DNA of 64,000 nt from an uncultured Gammaproteobacteria bacterium (lineage in GTDB: Bacteria; Patescibacteriota; Patescibacteriia; SG8-24): NCBI GenBank assembly GCA_964486995.1, contig CAZAOV010000006.1, positions 166 through 64,165 on the forward strand, read 5' to 3'. Position numbers and translations under genes: made by a program. The notes beneath the pieces are model-generated. The model ran no database searches and had not been told where the DNA came from. It saw only the letters and a program-made list of their open reading frames with translations. Positions 17,771 through 27,294 of this stretch are shown piece after piece (position 1 is the first letter of the stretch; the number at the start of each line of letters is the position of its first letter).

Positions 17771-19081
17771 ATGGCGAATGACACAAAATGGTATTTCAAA
17801 CCCTATTTTTTAGTGGTGGTGTTTATGTCTTTCACCGCTTTTGCCATGATGTTGTTGGTTTTTTTGTTGTTGCCGGGGAGCTCTGAAATTCTGGGCGTGA
17901 TGCAGTGGCGAATGGTGACGGCGCGCTCGTTTCGGGTTCAGACCGACATTGATTATCGCGGTTGGGTAACGCGGGTGGAAAATGACAAGACCCTGCGTGA
18001 TCGGGAAACTTTCATCATGCAGACTTCAGGTTACGTTGACCGCAATGACCCTGAACTTTTTAAGCAACAGCATCTGTTCCAGATGTCCGCCAGCCCAAAA
18101 GCCGGTGAAGGTCAGGTTGTCTATAAATTTGACGGAGAAGTGCGGTCGCTCGATGATGTGCATTATTTGCGACTGAACCAGATTCCTCAAAAGTTCGGTT
18201 CGTTCCGCCTGGATCGCTTCGCCAAACGATGGCTGCGTATCGATGTTGACAAGGCTTTGGAGCAGATTGATTTACCGCTGATTAGCACCGGACGGCAACT
18301 GTCGTATGCTGACCGCGAATATCTAATTGAAGAAGCGCGCATTACGCCGTTCCTGACCGTGAAGCAGAGGCTCAAGAACGAAACTATCGGCGGTATCTCC
18401 ACCTATCATTATGAGGTACGGCCGCAGATGTTGTTCGTCAAGGATTTTTTCCTGACGGCAGAGACGTTGCGCCGCCAGCGTGAATTGACTGCCGAGGAGA
18501 GGCGTGAGATAGATAAATTTTTTGCCAACCTTAAAGCTGAACACGCCGAGGTTTGGATTAGTCAGGGCGATTACTATTTGCGGCGTTTATTTTTGCGCCT
18601 CAATTATGACGATGGCAAGCGAGAAAGCATAATGTCCATCACGATATCATTTTCTGACTACAACCAGCCGGTATCCGTAACGCATCCGGAGAAGGATGTT
18701 GAAAACGTGGATAATATCGTCCGGTCTTTGTTGCCGTCGCTAGCGAGCAAATTGCCGTTGGCACAGTTTGGTGACGGAAGTGAAATCGAGTCGAAAGATG
18801 ATTTGTATGCCGGCGGGTTGCCGGTTGACGTTCCGGAGGTGGTTGATGCTGACCCGGATGGTGATGGCCTTACTGATAGCTTGGAATTTTTCTACGGTTC
18901 CGATCCGTACAACCCGGACACTGACGGAGACGGTAAGAACGACGGGGACGAGGTAAACTCTGGCCAGAGTCCGACCGGACCGGGTGGATTGTTCGACTTC
19001 GGGCTTTCCTCGGCCTTGAGCGGAGAATCCGAGGGGGAAGAGAAGGAAACCGTGGATGTCGGCGCTACGACAATAGAATAG
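17771..19081 (+). CDS. Membrane-anchored LppX/LprAFG-like protein with C-terminal Ca-binding DxDGDG repeats
   Basis: ETIGGISTYHYEV...AEVWI...FSDYNQPVSVTHPE; DPDGDGLTD..E...GSDPYNPDTDGDG. Confidence 0.55.
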   Translation: MANDTKWYFKPYFLVVVFMSFTAFAMMLLVFLLLPGSSEILGVMQWRMVTARSFRVQTDIDYRGWVTRVENDKTLRDRETFIMQTSGYVDRNDPELFKQQHLFQMSASPKAGEGQVVYKFDGEVRSLDDVHYLRLNQIPQKFGSFRLDRFAKRWLRIDVDKALEQIDLPLISTGRQLSYADREYLIEEARITPFLTVKQRLKNETIGGISTYHYEVRPQMLFVKDFFLTAETLRRQRELTAEERREIDKFFANLKAEHAEVWISQGDYYLRRLFLRLNYDDGKRESIMSITISFSDYNQPVSVTHPEKDVENVDNIVRSLLPSLASKLPLAQFGDGSEIESKDDLYAGGLPVDVPEVVDADPDGDGLTDSLEFFYGSDPYNPDTDGDGKNDGDEVNSGQSPTGPGGLFDFGLSSALSGESEGEEKETVDVGATTIE

Positions 19082-19091
19082 ACCAATAACG

Positions 19092-20861
19092 ATGACCATA
19101 CCCAGGTCAACAATCCGACGACGCAGAAAAAACAAGGAAGCAGACGGGTCATTCATCCGCCTGCACCTTTTTCGTATAGTTGTGGTGCTGGCTTTTTGTG
19201 CATTAGGATTGCGCTTGTTCACATTGCAGGTCATGTCACATGATTTTTACTCTGCGTTGGCATCTGACCAGCATGCGATTTTTGCTGAGTTGTTTCCGGA
19301 GCGAGGAACTATCTACCTGAAGGATCCTCGCTCTGTATCCGGAACTTTTCCGGCTGCCGCCAATCAGCGGATGTATTTAGTTTACGCGGTACCTAAAGAT
19401 ATTGAGGATACAGAAGAAGCGTCAGAAAAGTTGGCCGAGATTTTAGAGCTCGATTTGGATTTGGTAAAACAAAAACTATCGTTAAAAGACGATCCGTATG
19501 AACCGCTCAAGCGTCGCGTGTCGGACGAGGTGTGTAATCAGATACGTGACCTGAAGCTAGGGGGAATTGGTTTTCTGGCCGAAGATCATCGGTTCTATCC
19601 AGAGAATGAATACACATCTCATGTAATAGGTTTTGTTGGTTCTAACGAAAGCGGGGAACAAGTTGGACGCTATGGCATTGAGGGCTATTTCAACGAGGAG
19701 TTATCCGGTGAACTCGGATATCTGGAAGCTGAGCGTGATCCGTTGGGGCGTTGGATAGGCGCGGCTGATCGCAGCTTGGTGCCGGCGCAGGACGGTAAAG
19801 ATATCGTGTTGACCATAGACCGGACCATCCAATACGTAGCTTGCGAAAAGCTAAGAAAGGCAGTGGAGCAGTTCGAGGCAGCCGGCGGGACGGTGGTCAT
19901 CATGAATCCCGATACCGGAGCGGTGTTGGCGATGTGCGGCTTACCTAACTTTGACCCTAATAATTATGGGGAAGTCGGGGATATCGCCGTTTTTAATAAT
20001 CCGGCAATATTTAAGCCTTACGAACCGGGTTCGATTTTTAAACCCGTCACCATGTCCGCGGCTATTGACGCAGGCAAGGTTGAACCGAACACGATTTACG
20101 AGGACGAGGGCGAGGTCGTGATTGGTCCATATACCATTAAAAATTCTGACGGCAAGGCGCACGGTTGGCAAACAATGACGCAGGTATTGGAGAAATCGCT
20201 TAACACCGGTACGATTTTTGCGGTTACTAAACTTGGACCAAAATCTTTCCAAAAATATGTTCAGGAGTTTGGTTTTGGTGAGTATACTGGCATCGAATTG
20301 GATACCGAGGTTCGCGGCAATATCTCATCGCTCGATAAGCGAGGTGACATCTGGAGCGCAACTGCATCGTACGGACATGGAATTACGGTTACGCCGCTTC
20401 AGATGGTGGGCGCATTTTCCGCGATAGCTAACGGTGGCAAGCTGATGAAGCCTTACATTGTCGATTCTTTTATTGACTCAAGCGGAGATGTCGCCACGAC
20501 CGAGCCAGAAGTTGTCCGGCAAGTAATAACTAAGCGAGCGTCAAGTTTGGTGAGTGGAATGTTGGTTCGGGTGGTAGAGGACGGTCACGGTAAGCGCGCC
20601 GGAGTGCCCGGTTATTGGGTTGCTGGTAAGACCGGAACGGCGCAAATTGCCAAACAGCACGGCGTCGGTTACGAGGAGAATGCGTTTATCGGCTCGTTCA
20701 TCGGGTTTGCGCCGGTTGATGATCCGCAGTTCGTGATGATTGTTAAGATAGAGCGGCCACAAGGTGTTCAATGGGCCGAATCCACTGCCGCCCCGCTATT
20801 TGGCGAAATCGCCGAATTTTTGCTAAAATATCTAGAGATTCCACCGAATCGTCCTAGATGA
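19092..20861 (+). CDS. ftsI: Class B penicillin-binding protein (FtsI/PBP3-type)
   Basis: EPGSIFK (SxxK), SLN, GKTGTAQ motifs; upstream of murF. Confidence 0.9.
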   Translation: MTIPRSTIRRRRKNKEADGSFIRLHLFRIVVVLAFCALGLRLFTLQVMSHDFYSALASDQHAIFAELFPERGTIYLKDPRSVSGTFPAAANQRMYLVYAVPKDIEDTEEASEKLAEILELDLDLVKQKLSLKDDPYEPLKRRVSDEVCNQIRDLKLGGIGFLAEDHRFYPENEYTSHVIGFVGSNESGEQVGRYGIEGYFNEELSGELGYLEAERDPLGRWIGAADRSLVPAQDGKDIVLTIDRTIQYVACEKLRKAVEQFEAAGGTVVIMNPDTGAVLAMCGLPNFDPNNYGEVGDIAVFNNPAIFKPYEPGSIFKPVTMSAAIDAGKVEPNTIYEDEGEVVIGPYTIKNSDGKAHGWQTMTQVLEKSLNTGTIFAVTKLGPKSFQKYVQEFGFGEYTGIELDTEVRGNISSLDKRGDIWSATASYGHGITVTPLQMVGAFSAIANGGKLMKPYIVDSFIDSSGDVATTEPEVVRQVITKRASSLVSGMLVRVVEDGHGKRAGVPGYWVAGKTGTAQIAKQHGVGYEENAFIGSFIGFAPVDDPQFVMIVKIERPQGVQWAESTAAPLFGEIAEFLLKYLEIPPNRPR

Positions 20862-21029
20862 CCAGGGGAACTTTATCCAAGTTTTTGCACTGACGCCGCT
20901 ATTTAATCTGTGCGAGGACTTCAGGCCTTCGAAAGTGCAGGTAAAAAGTTACCGAGCGTGCATCACCGGACACCCGGAAAAGAAGCAAGCAGCGCGTTTA
21001 AGCTGTCTATTTCAATTAAAACACCACCT

Positions 21030-22319
21030 ATGAAAGCCTTTGTAGAAAAACAACTTGCGAAATACGCCAGCACATTGATTAAGAAACAAAAGCCTTTTAT
21101 CGTTGGCGTGACCGGCTCGGTCGGTAAAAGTTCAGCAAAAGATTGCATGGGTGCGGTTTTGGGCGGCGGTTTTAATACATTGACCAGTCCGAAAAACTAC
21201 AACACCGAATTTGGCCTGCCATTGGCTATCCTTGGTTTGGAATCTGGCGGAAAATCAGCATGGAAATGGTTGTGCAATCTGAGGAAAGGATGGTGGAAAG
21301 CCAAACTCGGAGTTAAAGAATATCCTGATACTTTGGTTTTAGAGATGGCAGCAGATCATCCTGGTGACATAACTAAACTGGTAAAGATCGCACCGCCCGA
21401 TATCGGAGTGGTTACTGCAGTGGGGGAATCGCACTTTCAGTTTTTCGGCTCGAAAAAGGAGATTGCCAAAGAAAAGTCGGTTTTGGCGCAGTCTGTGCCA
21501 GAAGGCGGCCTGGTGGTACTGAATCGTGACGATGAACTGGTTTGGGAAATGAGACGGTTAACCAAAGCTCGTGTTATCTCGATTGGTTTTCATGAGGAGG
21601 CGGACATTCATGCCCTGGCCGATACCGTAAAGTTAGTGTGTCACGAAGGAGAGGGGTGTGGGACAAGCTTTAAGGTTAAGGTGGCTGGACAGACCGTGCC
21701 GTTTTTTATCCACGGCGCTTTAGGTTGGCCGACCATCTATTCGGTGTTGTGCGGCATTGCCGTTGGTATGGAGCGCGGTTTGAATTTGGTGCAGATTTCT
21801 GAGCGGCTGCAGCATTTTAATCCGCCAGCGGGACGGCTACACTATCTAGCCGGCATTAAGCAGACCATTCTGATTGATGATAGCTACAATGCCGCACCCA
21901 CGTCGGTGAATGCGGCCTTAGACGTCCTAAAGGAGTTGCCGCTAGGTGCTGAGGATGACAAGCGGTTTGCAATTTTGGGTGACATGTTGGAGTTGGGTTT
22001 GGTGGCCGAGGAGGCACACAGAGATTTGGGTCGAAAGGTTGCTGAGAAGGATATTGATTATTTGGTACTGGTGGGTGAGTTGATGAACGAAACCAAGAAG
22101 GCGGCGATTGAGGCTGGTATGGACGAGGATCGGGTAGTGCAGTTTTCGACCAACCTGGAAGCTGGTAAGTTCGTTCAGGCTAAGATGAAGCCGGGTGATG
22201 TGGTGCTGGTGAAGGGGTCGCGAGCGATGCAGATGGAGTATGTGGTTAAGGAGTTAATGGCGGATCCGTTGCGGGCTGCAGAGTTGTTGCCTGGAGATCA
22301 TGATGAGTGGCGGTTGTAG
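21030..22319 (+). CDS. murF: UDP-MurNAc-tripeptide--D-Ala-D-Ala ligase
   Basis: GVTGSVGKSS, NYNTEFGLP, DDSYNAAP, LGDMLELG, VKGSR; likely ATG at 21030. Confidence 0.94.
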   Translation: MKAFVEKQLAKYASTLIKKQKPFIVGVTGSVGKSSAKDCMGAVLGGGFNTLTSPKNYNTEFGLPLAILGLESGGKSAWKWLCNLRKGWWKAKLGVKEYPDTLVLEMAADHPGDITKLVKIAPPDIGVVTAVGESHFQFFGSKKEIAKEKSVLAQSVPEGGLVVLNRDDELVWEMRRLTKARVISIGFHEEADIHALADTVKLVCHEGEGCGTSFKVKVAGQTVPFFIHGALGWPTIYSVLCGIAVGMERGLNLVQISERLQHFNPPAGRLHYLAGIKQTILIDDSYNAAPTSVNAALDVLKELPLGAEDDKRFAILGDMLELGLVAEEAHRDLGRKVAEKDIDYLVLVGELMNETKKAAIEAGMDEDRVVQFSTNLEAGKFVQAKMKPGDVVLVKGSRAMQMEYVVKELMADPLRAAELLPGDHDEWRL

Positions 22320-22534
22320 AGTTCAGCTAAATTTATTATGAACATCGGCTAATAAGCCGGTGTTTTTGATAGGAAAGTAGGAAATCAGACTTGTTTTTTA
22401 TATTTAACACCAAAGTCCGAATAAGTGATCTGGCTTCCTCGTAAAAAATACAAACCTTCAAACCATTGCTTATAATCAAAGCCCGTGGCAAGTTTAATAT
22501 GACTTTTGAATTGGTCGGGGGTCACGGAGGAAGG

Positions 22535-22726
22535 ATGCGGGTTCCGTCCTTTGAAATATGTCGTTGTCGCTGTCATCGGTTTCCTGACGGCGTGTATGAG
22601 CACGTTGAGCCTTGCTGCGCCACTTGTCAGTTTTGTGGAATGCGAATCAGAAAGGATTATTATCGGCTCCATTACGAGGAGTGTTCAAAAAATAGAATTG
22701 ACTCCGATGAAGCGGTGGACGAGTAG
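22535..22726 (+). CDS. Small Cys/His-rich putative metal-binding protein (63 aa)
   Basis: SD GGAGG 4 nt before ATG 22535; CxCxCH...HxxPCCxxCxxC...HxxxC. Confidence 0.62.
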   Translation: MRVPSFEICRCRCHRFPDGVYEHVEPCCATCQFCGMRIRKDYYRLHYEECSKNRIDSDEAVDE

Positions 22727-22735
22727 CAGGAATGG

Positions 22736-23194
22736 GTGAATATGACCACCAAAGTTGAGGTGTTCAGGTTTCGTTGTGACATTTGTGGGGTGAAATACAC
22801 AGTCGAAGACGAAGCCAGGTTATGTGAGATGCGTGGGGTTGTTCTTCCGCGGTTCGTGTCCGGTGACGTGGTTACGCTATCCGACGCAGAAGTTCGGGCA
22901 CGGGGGCTGAGTTCTTCTGACGTTCTGGTAGACATACGCGAGTTTGTCGGCCATGTCGGCTTGTCGCATCAGTTCGCTACAGTCGGGCGCGGAGTGCGGT
23001 ATCATGTCCGAGCCCGCGGTGGGCAGAAATTTATCGTCGAAGCACTCGCCGTGGTAACCAACATGGACGACATCATCTACTGTCCAGACTGGCAGACATT
23101 GGTTGCGTGCGCCAATACCGGTAAGCCATACGACGCCGAAGGTCTGGATTCATTGCGAGCCATGATTAAGAATAGCTTGAATCTGAGGCTCTAA
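22736..23194 (+). CDS. Hypothetical protein with N-terminal CxxC zinc-finger-like motif
   Basis: FRCDICG...A-x-x-CE; terminator gagggg...cccctc follows. Confidence 0.6.
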   Translation: MNMTTKVEVFRFRCDICGVKYTVEDEARLCEMRGVVLPRFVSGDVVTLSDAEVRARGLSSSDVLVDIREFVGHVGLSHQFATVGRGVRYHVRARGGQKFIVEALAVVTNMDDIIYCPDWQTLVACANTGKPYDAEGLDSLRAMIKNSLNLRL

Positions 23195-23229
23195 CTTAAA
23201 GAGGGGATTTGCTCGCCCCTCATTTTGTA

Positions 23230-23258
23230 TTGACACACCTAATCTAATACGGTATATT
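23230..23258 (+). promoter_or_regulatory. Sigma70 promoter TTGACA-N17-TATATT of tRNA-Glu(TTC)
   Basis: Near-consensus boxes directly upstream of the tRNA. Confidence 0.75.
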
Positions 23259-23272
23259 CAAAAGTCCCTTAG

Positions 23273-23350
23273 GGTCCCATCGTCTAGCCCGGTCTAGGAC
23301 ACTGGCCTTTCACGCCAGGTACACGGGTTCGAATCCCGTTGGGGCCGCCA
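23273..23350 (+). tRNA. tRNA-Glu (anticodon TTC)
   Basis: Acceptor GGTCCCA/TGGGGCC, anticodon arm CTGGC-CTTTCAC-GCCAG, GGTTCGAATCC, CCA. Confidence 0.96.
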
Positions 23351-23393
23351 TCTAGAGCTGACGCATCAAGCGTCGGCTCTTTTATTGGCGGTA

Positions 23394-23422
23394 TTGACAT
23401 GGCCAAGACGCGATGATATATT
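23394..23422 (+). promoter_or_regulatory. Sigma70 promoter TTGACA-N17-TATATT of tRNA-Glu(CTC)
   Basis: Same boxes as the upstream tRNA promoter. Confidence 0.75.
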
Positions 23423-23438
23423 GTCTTCGCATAAACTT

Positions 23439-23516
23439 GGTCCCATCGTCTAGCCCGGTCTAGGACGCCTGGTTCTCATCCAGGTAACAGGGGTTCGAAT
23501 CCCCTTGGGACTACCA
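23439..23516 (+). tRNA. tRNA-Glu (anticodon CTC)
   Basis: Acceptor GGTCCCA/TGGGACT, anticodon arm CCTGG-TTCTCAT-CCAGG, GGTTCGAATCC, CCA. Confidence 0.96.
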
Positions 23517-23550
23517 CGTAAAAACAGCAGATTGTCTGCTGTTTTTACGT
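23516..23550 (+). terminator. Perfect 16-bp hairpin after tRNA-Glu(CTC)
   Basis: acgtaaaaacagcaga-ttg-tctgctgtttttacgt. Confidence 0.7.
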
Positions 23551-23780
23551 TTCGCTTGATTTCGGAAATGGAGTATTTATCGGGTACCGCACTGAGTGCT
23601 CATGATACGCGTGCCGCATGAACCAAAAAACCGGGGCGACGGAGCGGCTCGACGGCGAGATTCCATGGACGAATAAACAGCTGAGTGTAATGGGATAAAT
23701 TGGACTCGTCCTTCCTAATACCATAGCAAAAAGCCGCTCTTTCGGGCGGCTTTCGCATTATGACACCGAACTATATTCTA

Positions 23781-25592
23781 CTAGTTATCAATTTTACAGT
23801 CCGCGGAGCAACTTTCCAAATTTTCGGGATATTCGCATAAGCCGTCACCGCATACAGGTTCTGCGCCGTTATGTTCATCGTCGTCTTCGGGGAATGTGCA
23901 ACCCGGGTCCTGCGGGAAATCAATCAGTCCGTCAAGATCGTTATCCAAACCGTCATCGCATGCCGGGACATAACAGGAGCCGCAATCCGCTTCGCAGGAC
24001 TCACAGGTTTCTCCGCTTTCGCAGACGCCGTCACCACATTCGTTAAGGCACGAACCGCAGTCGCTCGGGCAACCGTCACACGTTTCATTTCCGGTGCAAA
24101 CTCCGTCACCACACTGGTCCGGGCAATCCGGATCGGTCTCGGCATTGCAGCCGCTCGGGCAACAACCGTCACCCGACTCGCATATTTCAATGGTTTGATG
24201 GCTACAGTAGGCATCGCCCTCGCTGGCGTTCCGGCAGAAGTCATAGGTGCACATTGAATCATCATCGCATTCATCATTGTTGAAGCATTCGGGCATGATG
24301 CATTCATTCGCCACACAAACTTCTTCTTGCGCGCAAGGGCAATCCTCTAGACAGCTGTCGCAACCCTCACCGTCCTCGCAGACGTCATTGCCGCATTCCG
24401 GGGGGCAGGAGCCGCAGTCTTCCGGACAATCGGAGCAGTTTTCGTACGGGGATTCGCACAGTTCGTCACCGCAGTGCGGCTGAACTGATGATTCGTCATC
24501 TTCCTCCTCATCTGCATCTTCTTCCGGCTCGCCGTCGTCAGCCTCGCCTTGTCCGTCTGTGCCGGCGGTCTCGCCGTCACCCGTTTCGGCCGGCGGTTCC
24601 GGGATTGGGGTATCTGGTGGTGCGGGTGGTTCGGGCTTGTCCTCGCACTGACAATTATTGCACTCCTTGTCAGGCGGACAGCCAGTGGGCGTAGCCGCAT
24701 CGTCACACTCTTCTGGTGCGGTTACTTTCTTGTCACCACACTGTGGTTGATCTGGCTCCCCGATGCATTTACACTCCTCGTTGCATTTTTCCGTCTCTTC
24801 GCAGCCGGTGGGTTTGGCCTCGTAGTCGCATTGCTCAGTCACGGTGCCGTTGTCATCCACCTCTCCGTTGCCACAACAGCATTTACCGGGGCACTCCTTA
24901 CCCGCGTCCTTCATTATTTCGTCAATATGCGACTGCATCGCTGCCACGTCGCTCCATGTCTGGGCCATGATGCTTTGCGGTTCCTTGGGTTTTCCGTCAG
25001 CGTCTACCTGCAAATTATCATTGACGTAAGTGTCCGGTTTTCCGTCGCCGTTTGTATCGTCGTAATGATATTCATCGTCCAGCCCCATTAGGTGACCCGC
25101 TTCATGCGCCGCTATGAGGCCATCGATACCCGCGGTCCATTCACCGTAACCATTTAGCACGCCGGTTGGTGGGATTGTGTGCGCATCAGCTCGGTTTCCG
25201 CGCTGATTGACCGGCCTATCCACCACGTGAATGCAGTGATAGTCGCCCGGGTCGGTCAGGCAGTTCGTTCCTTCGGGTAGTTTTTTAAGGTCGAATTCAA
25301 AAGTAACTTTACAGCCACAATCGCCGAAAGTTTGGTGACCGTTCGGTCCGTTCCAAATTTTAGCCATCTCGTCGCCCCAGGTTTTCAGCAGGTCGTCGGC
25401 CTTGGCTTTGGAGCCGTCATCCAGAAATGCAAAGGCGACCTGCACCTTAACTTTGAAGCTGCAGCCATCGTCTCCGTCCGCTGTGACCGTGGTTTTGGCG
25501 AGGGAGCTGAACCACGGCAGCAGCCCTACACACATGATGAGTCCAGCGAATGTTGAAATTAGGAATCCGCCTTTGAAATTTATTATTTTCAT
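23781..25592 (-). CDS. Secreted zincin metalloprotease with Cys-rich repeats
   Basis: Signal/TM; AAHEAGHLMGLDDEY zinc motif; repeated CGDGVC-x-x-x-E-x-C-x-x-C-x-x-DC units. Confidence 0.82.
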   Translation of the reverse strand: MKIINFKGGFLISTFAGLIMCVGLLPWFSSLAKTTVTADGDDGCSFKVKVQVAFAFLDDGSKAKADDLLKTWGDEMAKIWNGPNGHQTFGDCGCKVTFEFDLKKLPEGTNCLTDPGDYHCIHVVDRPVNQRGNRADAHTIPPTGVLNGYGEWTAGIDGLIAAHEAGHLMGLDDEYHYDDTNGDGKPDTYVNDNLQVDADGKPKEPQSIMAQTWSDVAAMQSHIDEIMKDAGKECPGKCCCGNGEVDDNGTVTEQCDYEAKPTGCEETEKCNEECKCIGEPDQPQCGDKKVTAPEECDDAATPTGCPPDKECNNCQCEDKPEPPAPPDTPIPEPPAETGDGETAGTDGQGEADDGEPEEDADEEEDDESSVQPHCGDELCESPYENCSDCPEDCGSCPPECGNDVCEDGEGCDSCLEDCPCAQEEVCVANECIMPECFNNDECDDDSMCTYDFCRNASEGDAYCSHQTIEICESGDGCCPSGCNAETDPDCPDQCGDGVCTGNETCDGCPSDCGSCLNECGDGVCESGETCESCEADCGSCYVPACDDGLDNDLDGLIDFPQDPGCTFPEDDDEHNGAEPVCGDGLCEYPENLESCSADCKIDN

Positions 25593-26218
25593 AGGCCCTC
25601 AACTCCACGGAATACTTCCCACCAGGCGTTCCATTTGGCGATTGCCTGATCCTTTTCTGATTGAGATGCATGCGCAGTAAAGCCGTAGTTTTCGCCGCTC
25701 ACATGTCGAAGAATCGCTGCCGACAGCTCGTTGTTTGGCGTGGGCGGATCCATGAACAGGGTAATGTCATCATCATTGAGCGCCTCCAGAACTATTGGTA
25801 TGCCGGAATAATCACCGTTCATTGCGTTGCTGTTTGCGGCGAGAAGGGCGATGGTGGTGTAGTCACTCCCGTAGGCTTCTTCCATCAACGCTGTAATTGC
25901 ATTCTGATCTTCGAGTTCGTCGCGCACCGCAGCTAAGCCGACTACCGCCATCCACTGTTCGATCGGATTCTCGGATTGAATCATCGGCGCCAGCGGCTCA
26001 ACGGCTTCGTGACCCAAATCAATCACGTCCTGAATTTTTTCGAACGATTTTGGCTGCGCCGTATCAATATCACGCAACGTGACGTTGACCGTCTCTTTTG
26101 CGTTCAGCGAAGTCTTACCTGGTTCTGGTTTGGGAGCGGCGTTGTACATCTTCAGCACATAGCTCGTGCCGAGGATGAGCGCGGTCACCACCAGGATGAG
26201 TAAAATAATTTTCTTCAT
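25589..26218 (-). CDS. Membrane-anchored HEAT-repeat-like protein
   Basis: N-terminal TM; helical repeats; ends AIAKWNAWW; stop overlaps the start of the protease gene. Confidence 0.7.
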   Translation of the reverse strand: MKKIILLILVVTALILGTSYVLKMYNAAPKPEPGKTSLNAKETVNVTLRDIDTAQPKSFEKIQDVIDLGHEAVEPLAPMIQSENPIEQWMAVVGLAAVRDELEDQNAITALMEEAYGSDYTTIALLAANSNAMNGDYSGIPIVLEALNDDDITLFMDPPTPNNELSAAILRHVSGENYGFTAHASQSEKDQAIAKWNAWWEVFRGVEGL

Positions 26219-26291
26219 AGGCAAATGTTAATTCACGGGTATTTTAGCAGTAAAAATGGTGCTATACTAGATATGCTTGAATATAAGCCTG

Positions 26292-27146
26292 ATGTTGACT
26301 AGAGCCACGGAAAACAGAAATACGGTTTTGACCTCCATGATAATCATGGCGGTTTTGATTGTCGGTGGATTTTTTGTGTTTGCCGAGCCGTATGATGCGG
26401 TGGAAAATCAGGTGCAACCGGCTGTCCAGCTTGATATCGCCACAACATCTGAAGTCGCTCCGGTCGAGTTGCCCGAATCAGTGCATGTGCCGATTTTGGT
26501 TTATCATCATGTGCGGCCGACCCCGGCCGGTTTGTCTGCGTCGGACCGGGCTTACACGGTAACACCAGCCGCGCTAGAATCGCATTTGCGGTATTTGAAC
26601 GAGCAGGGATTTTCCGGAGTGCTGCTGACTGACATTCGTGACGCTTTGCTGTTGGGCAAGCCGCTGCCGGAAAAGCCGGTGGCGATTACCTTTGACGACG
26701 GGCGCGAGAATCAATACACGAACGCGGTGCCGTTGCTGGAGAAGTACGGCTTTGTGGTCACGTTCTCGCCGTTCACTAACGCCATCGGGCGACCGGGTTA
26801 TATGACTTGGGAACAGTTGGCCGAATTGTGCGACGCTGGACATGATATCGGTTCGCATGCGGTGTATCATCCGTTCATGACCAAGCTGAGCGAAGATGAA
26901 ATGCGACGCGAAGCAGGGGGTAGCCGGGCGGTACTGCAGGAGAATCTTGATATTGAAGTGGCGGTTTTTTCGCATCCGTTTGGGTTGTATGATGAGCGAG
27001 TGAATTCCGTGTTGAGCGAGCTTGGTTATTCGGTTGCTCGGGGCCTACAACATACCGCCGAGCACAGGACCGAAGACTTAATGTCTTTGGGAGCTTACAT
27101 TGCAACCGAAAATTTTAGCTTTTTTAAAAATATTGTTGGCAAATAA
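26292..27146 (+). CDS. Polysaccharide deacetylase (CE4/NodB)
   Basis: PILVYHHV, ITFDDG, IGSHAVYHP, HPFG motifs; start uncertain. Confidence 0.9.
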   Translation: MLTRATENRNTVLTSMIIMAVLIVGGFFVFAEPYDAVENQVQPAVQLDIATTSEVAPVELPESVHVPILVYHHVRPTPAGLSASDRAYTVTPAALESHLRYLNEQGFSGVLLTDIRDALLLGKPLPEKPVAITFDDGRENQYTNAVPLLEKYGFVVTFSPFTNAIGRPGYMTWEQLAELCDAGHDIGSHAVYHPFMTKLSEDEMRREAGGSRAVLQENLDIEVAVFSHPFGLYDERVNSVLSELGYSVARGLQHTAEHRTEDLMSLGAYIATENFSFFKNIVGK

Positions 27147-27294
27147 AACGAGCTGGATCTTAATCCGAGTCTGCATCACGGCTGCGCCGTAATTCAGGCG
27201 TTGGAGTCGAATTTGATTAAATTGCAGCAGGATATAGGGTTTGCTTTAGCCCCAGCCGCACAAAAAAGAGGCTCGGAAACGAGCCTCGTTTTGA

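Noticed and set aside
22385-22672. 95-aa minus-strand ORF
   Set aside because: Overlaps the better-supported SD-led Cys-rich ORF on the plus strand; not fully excluded.
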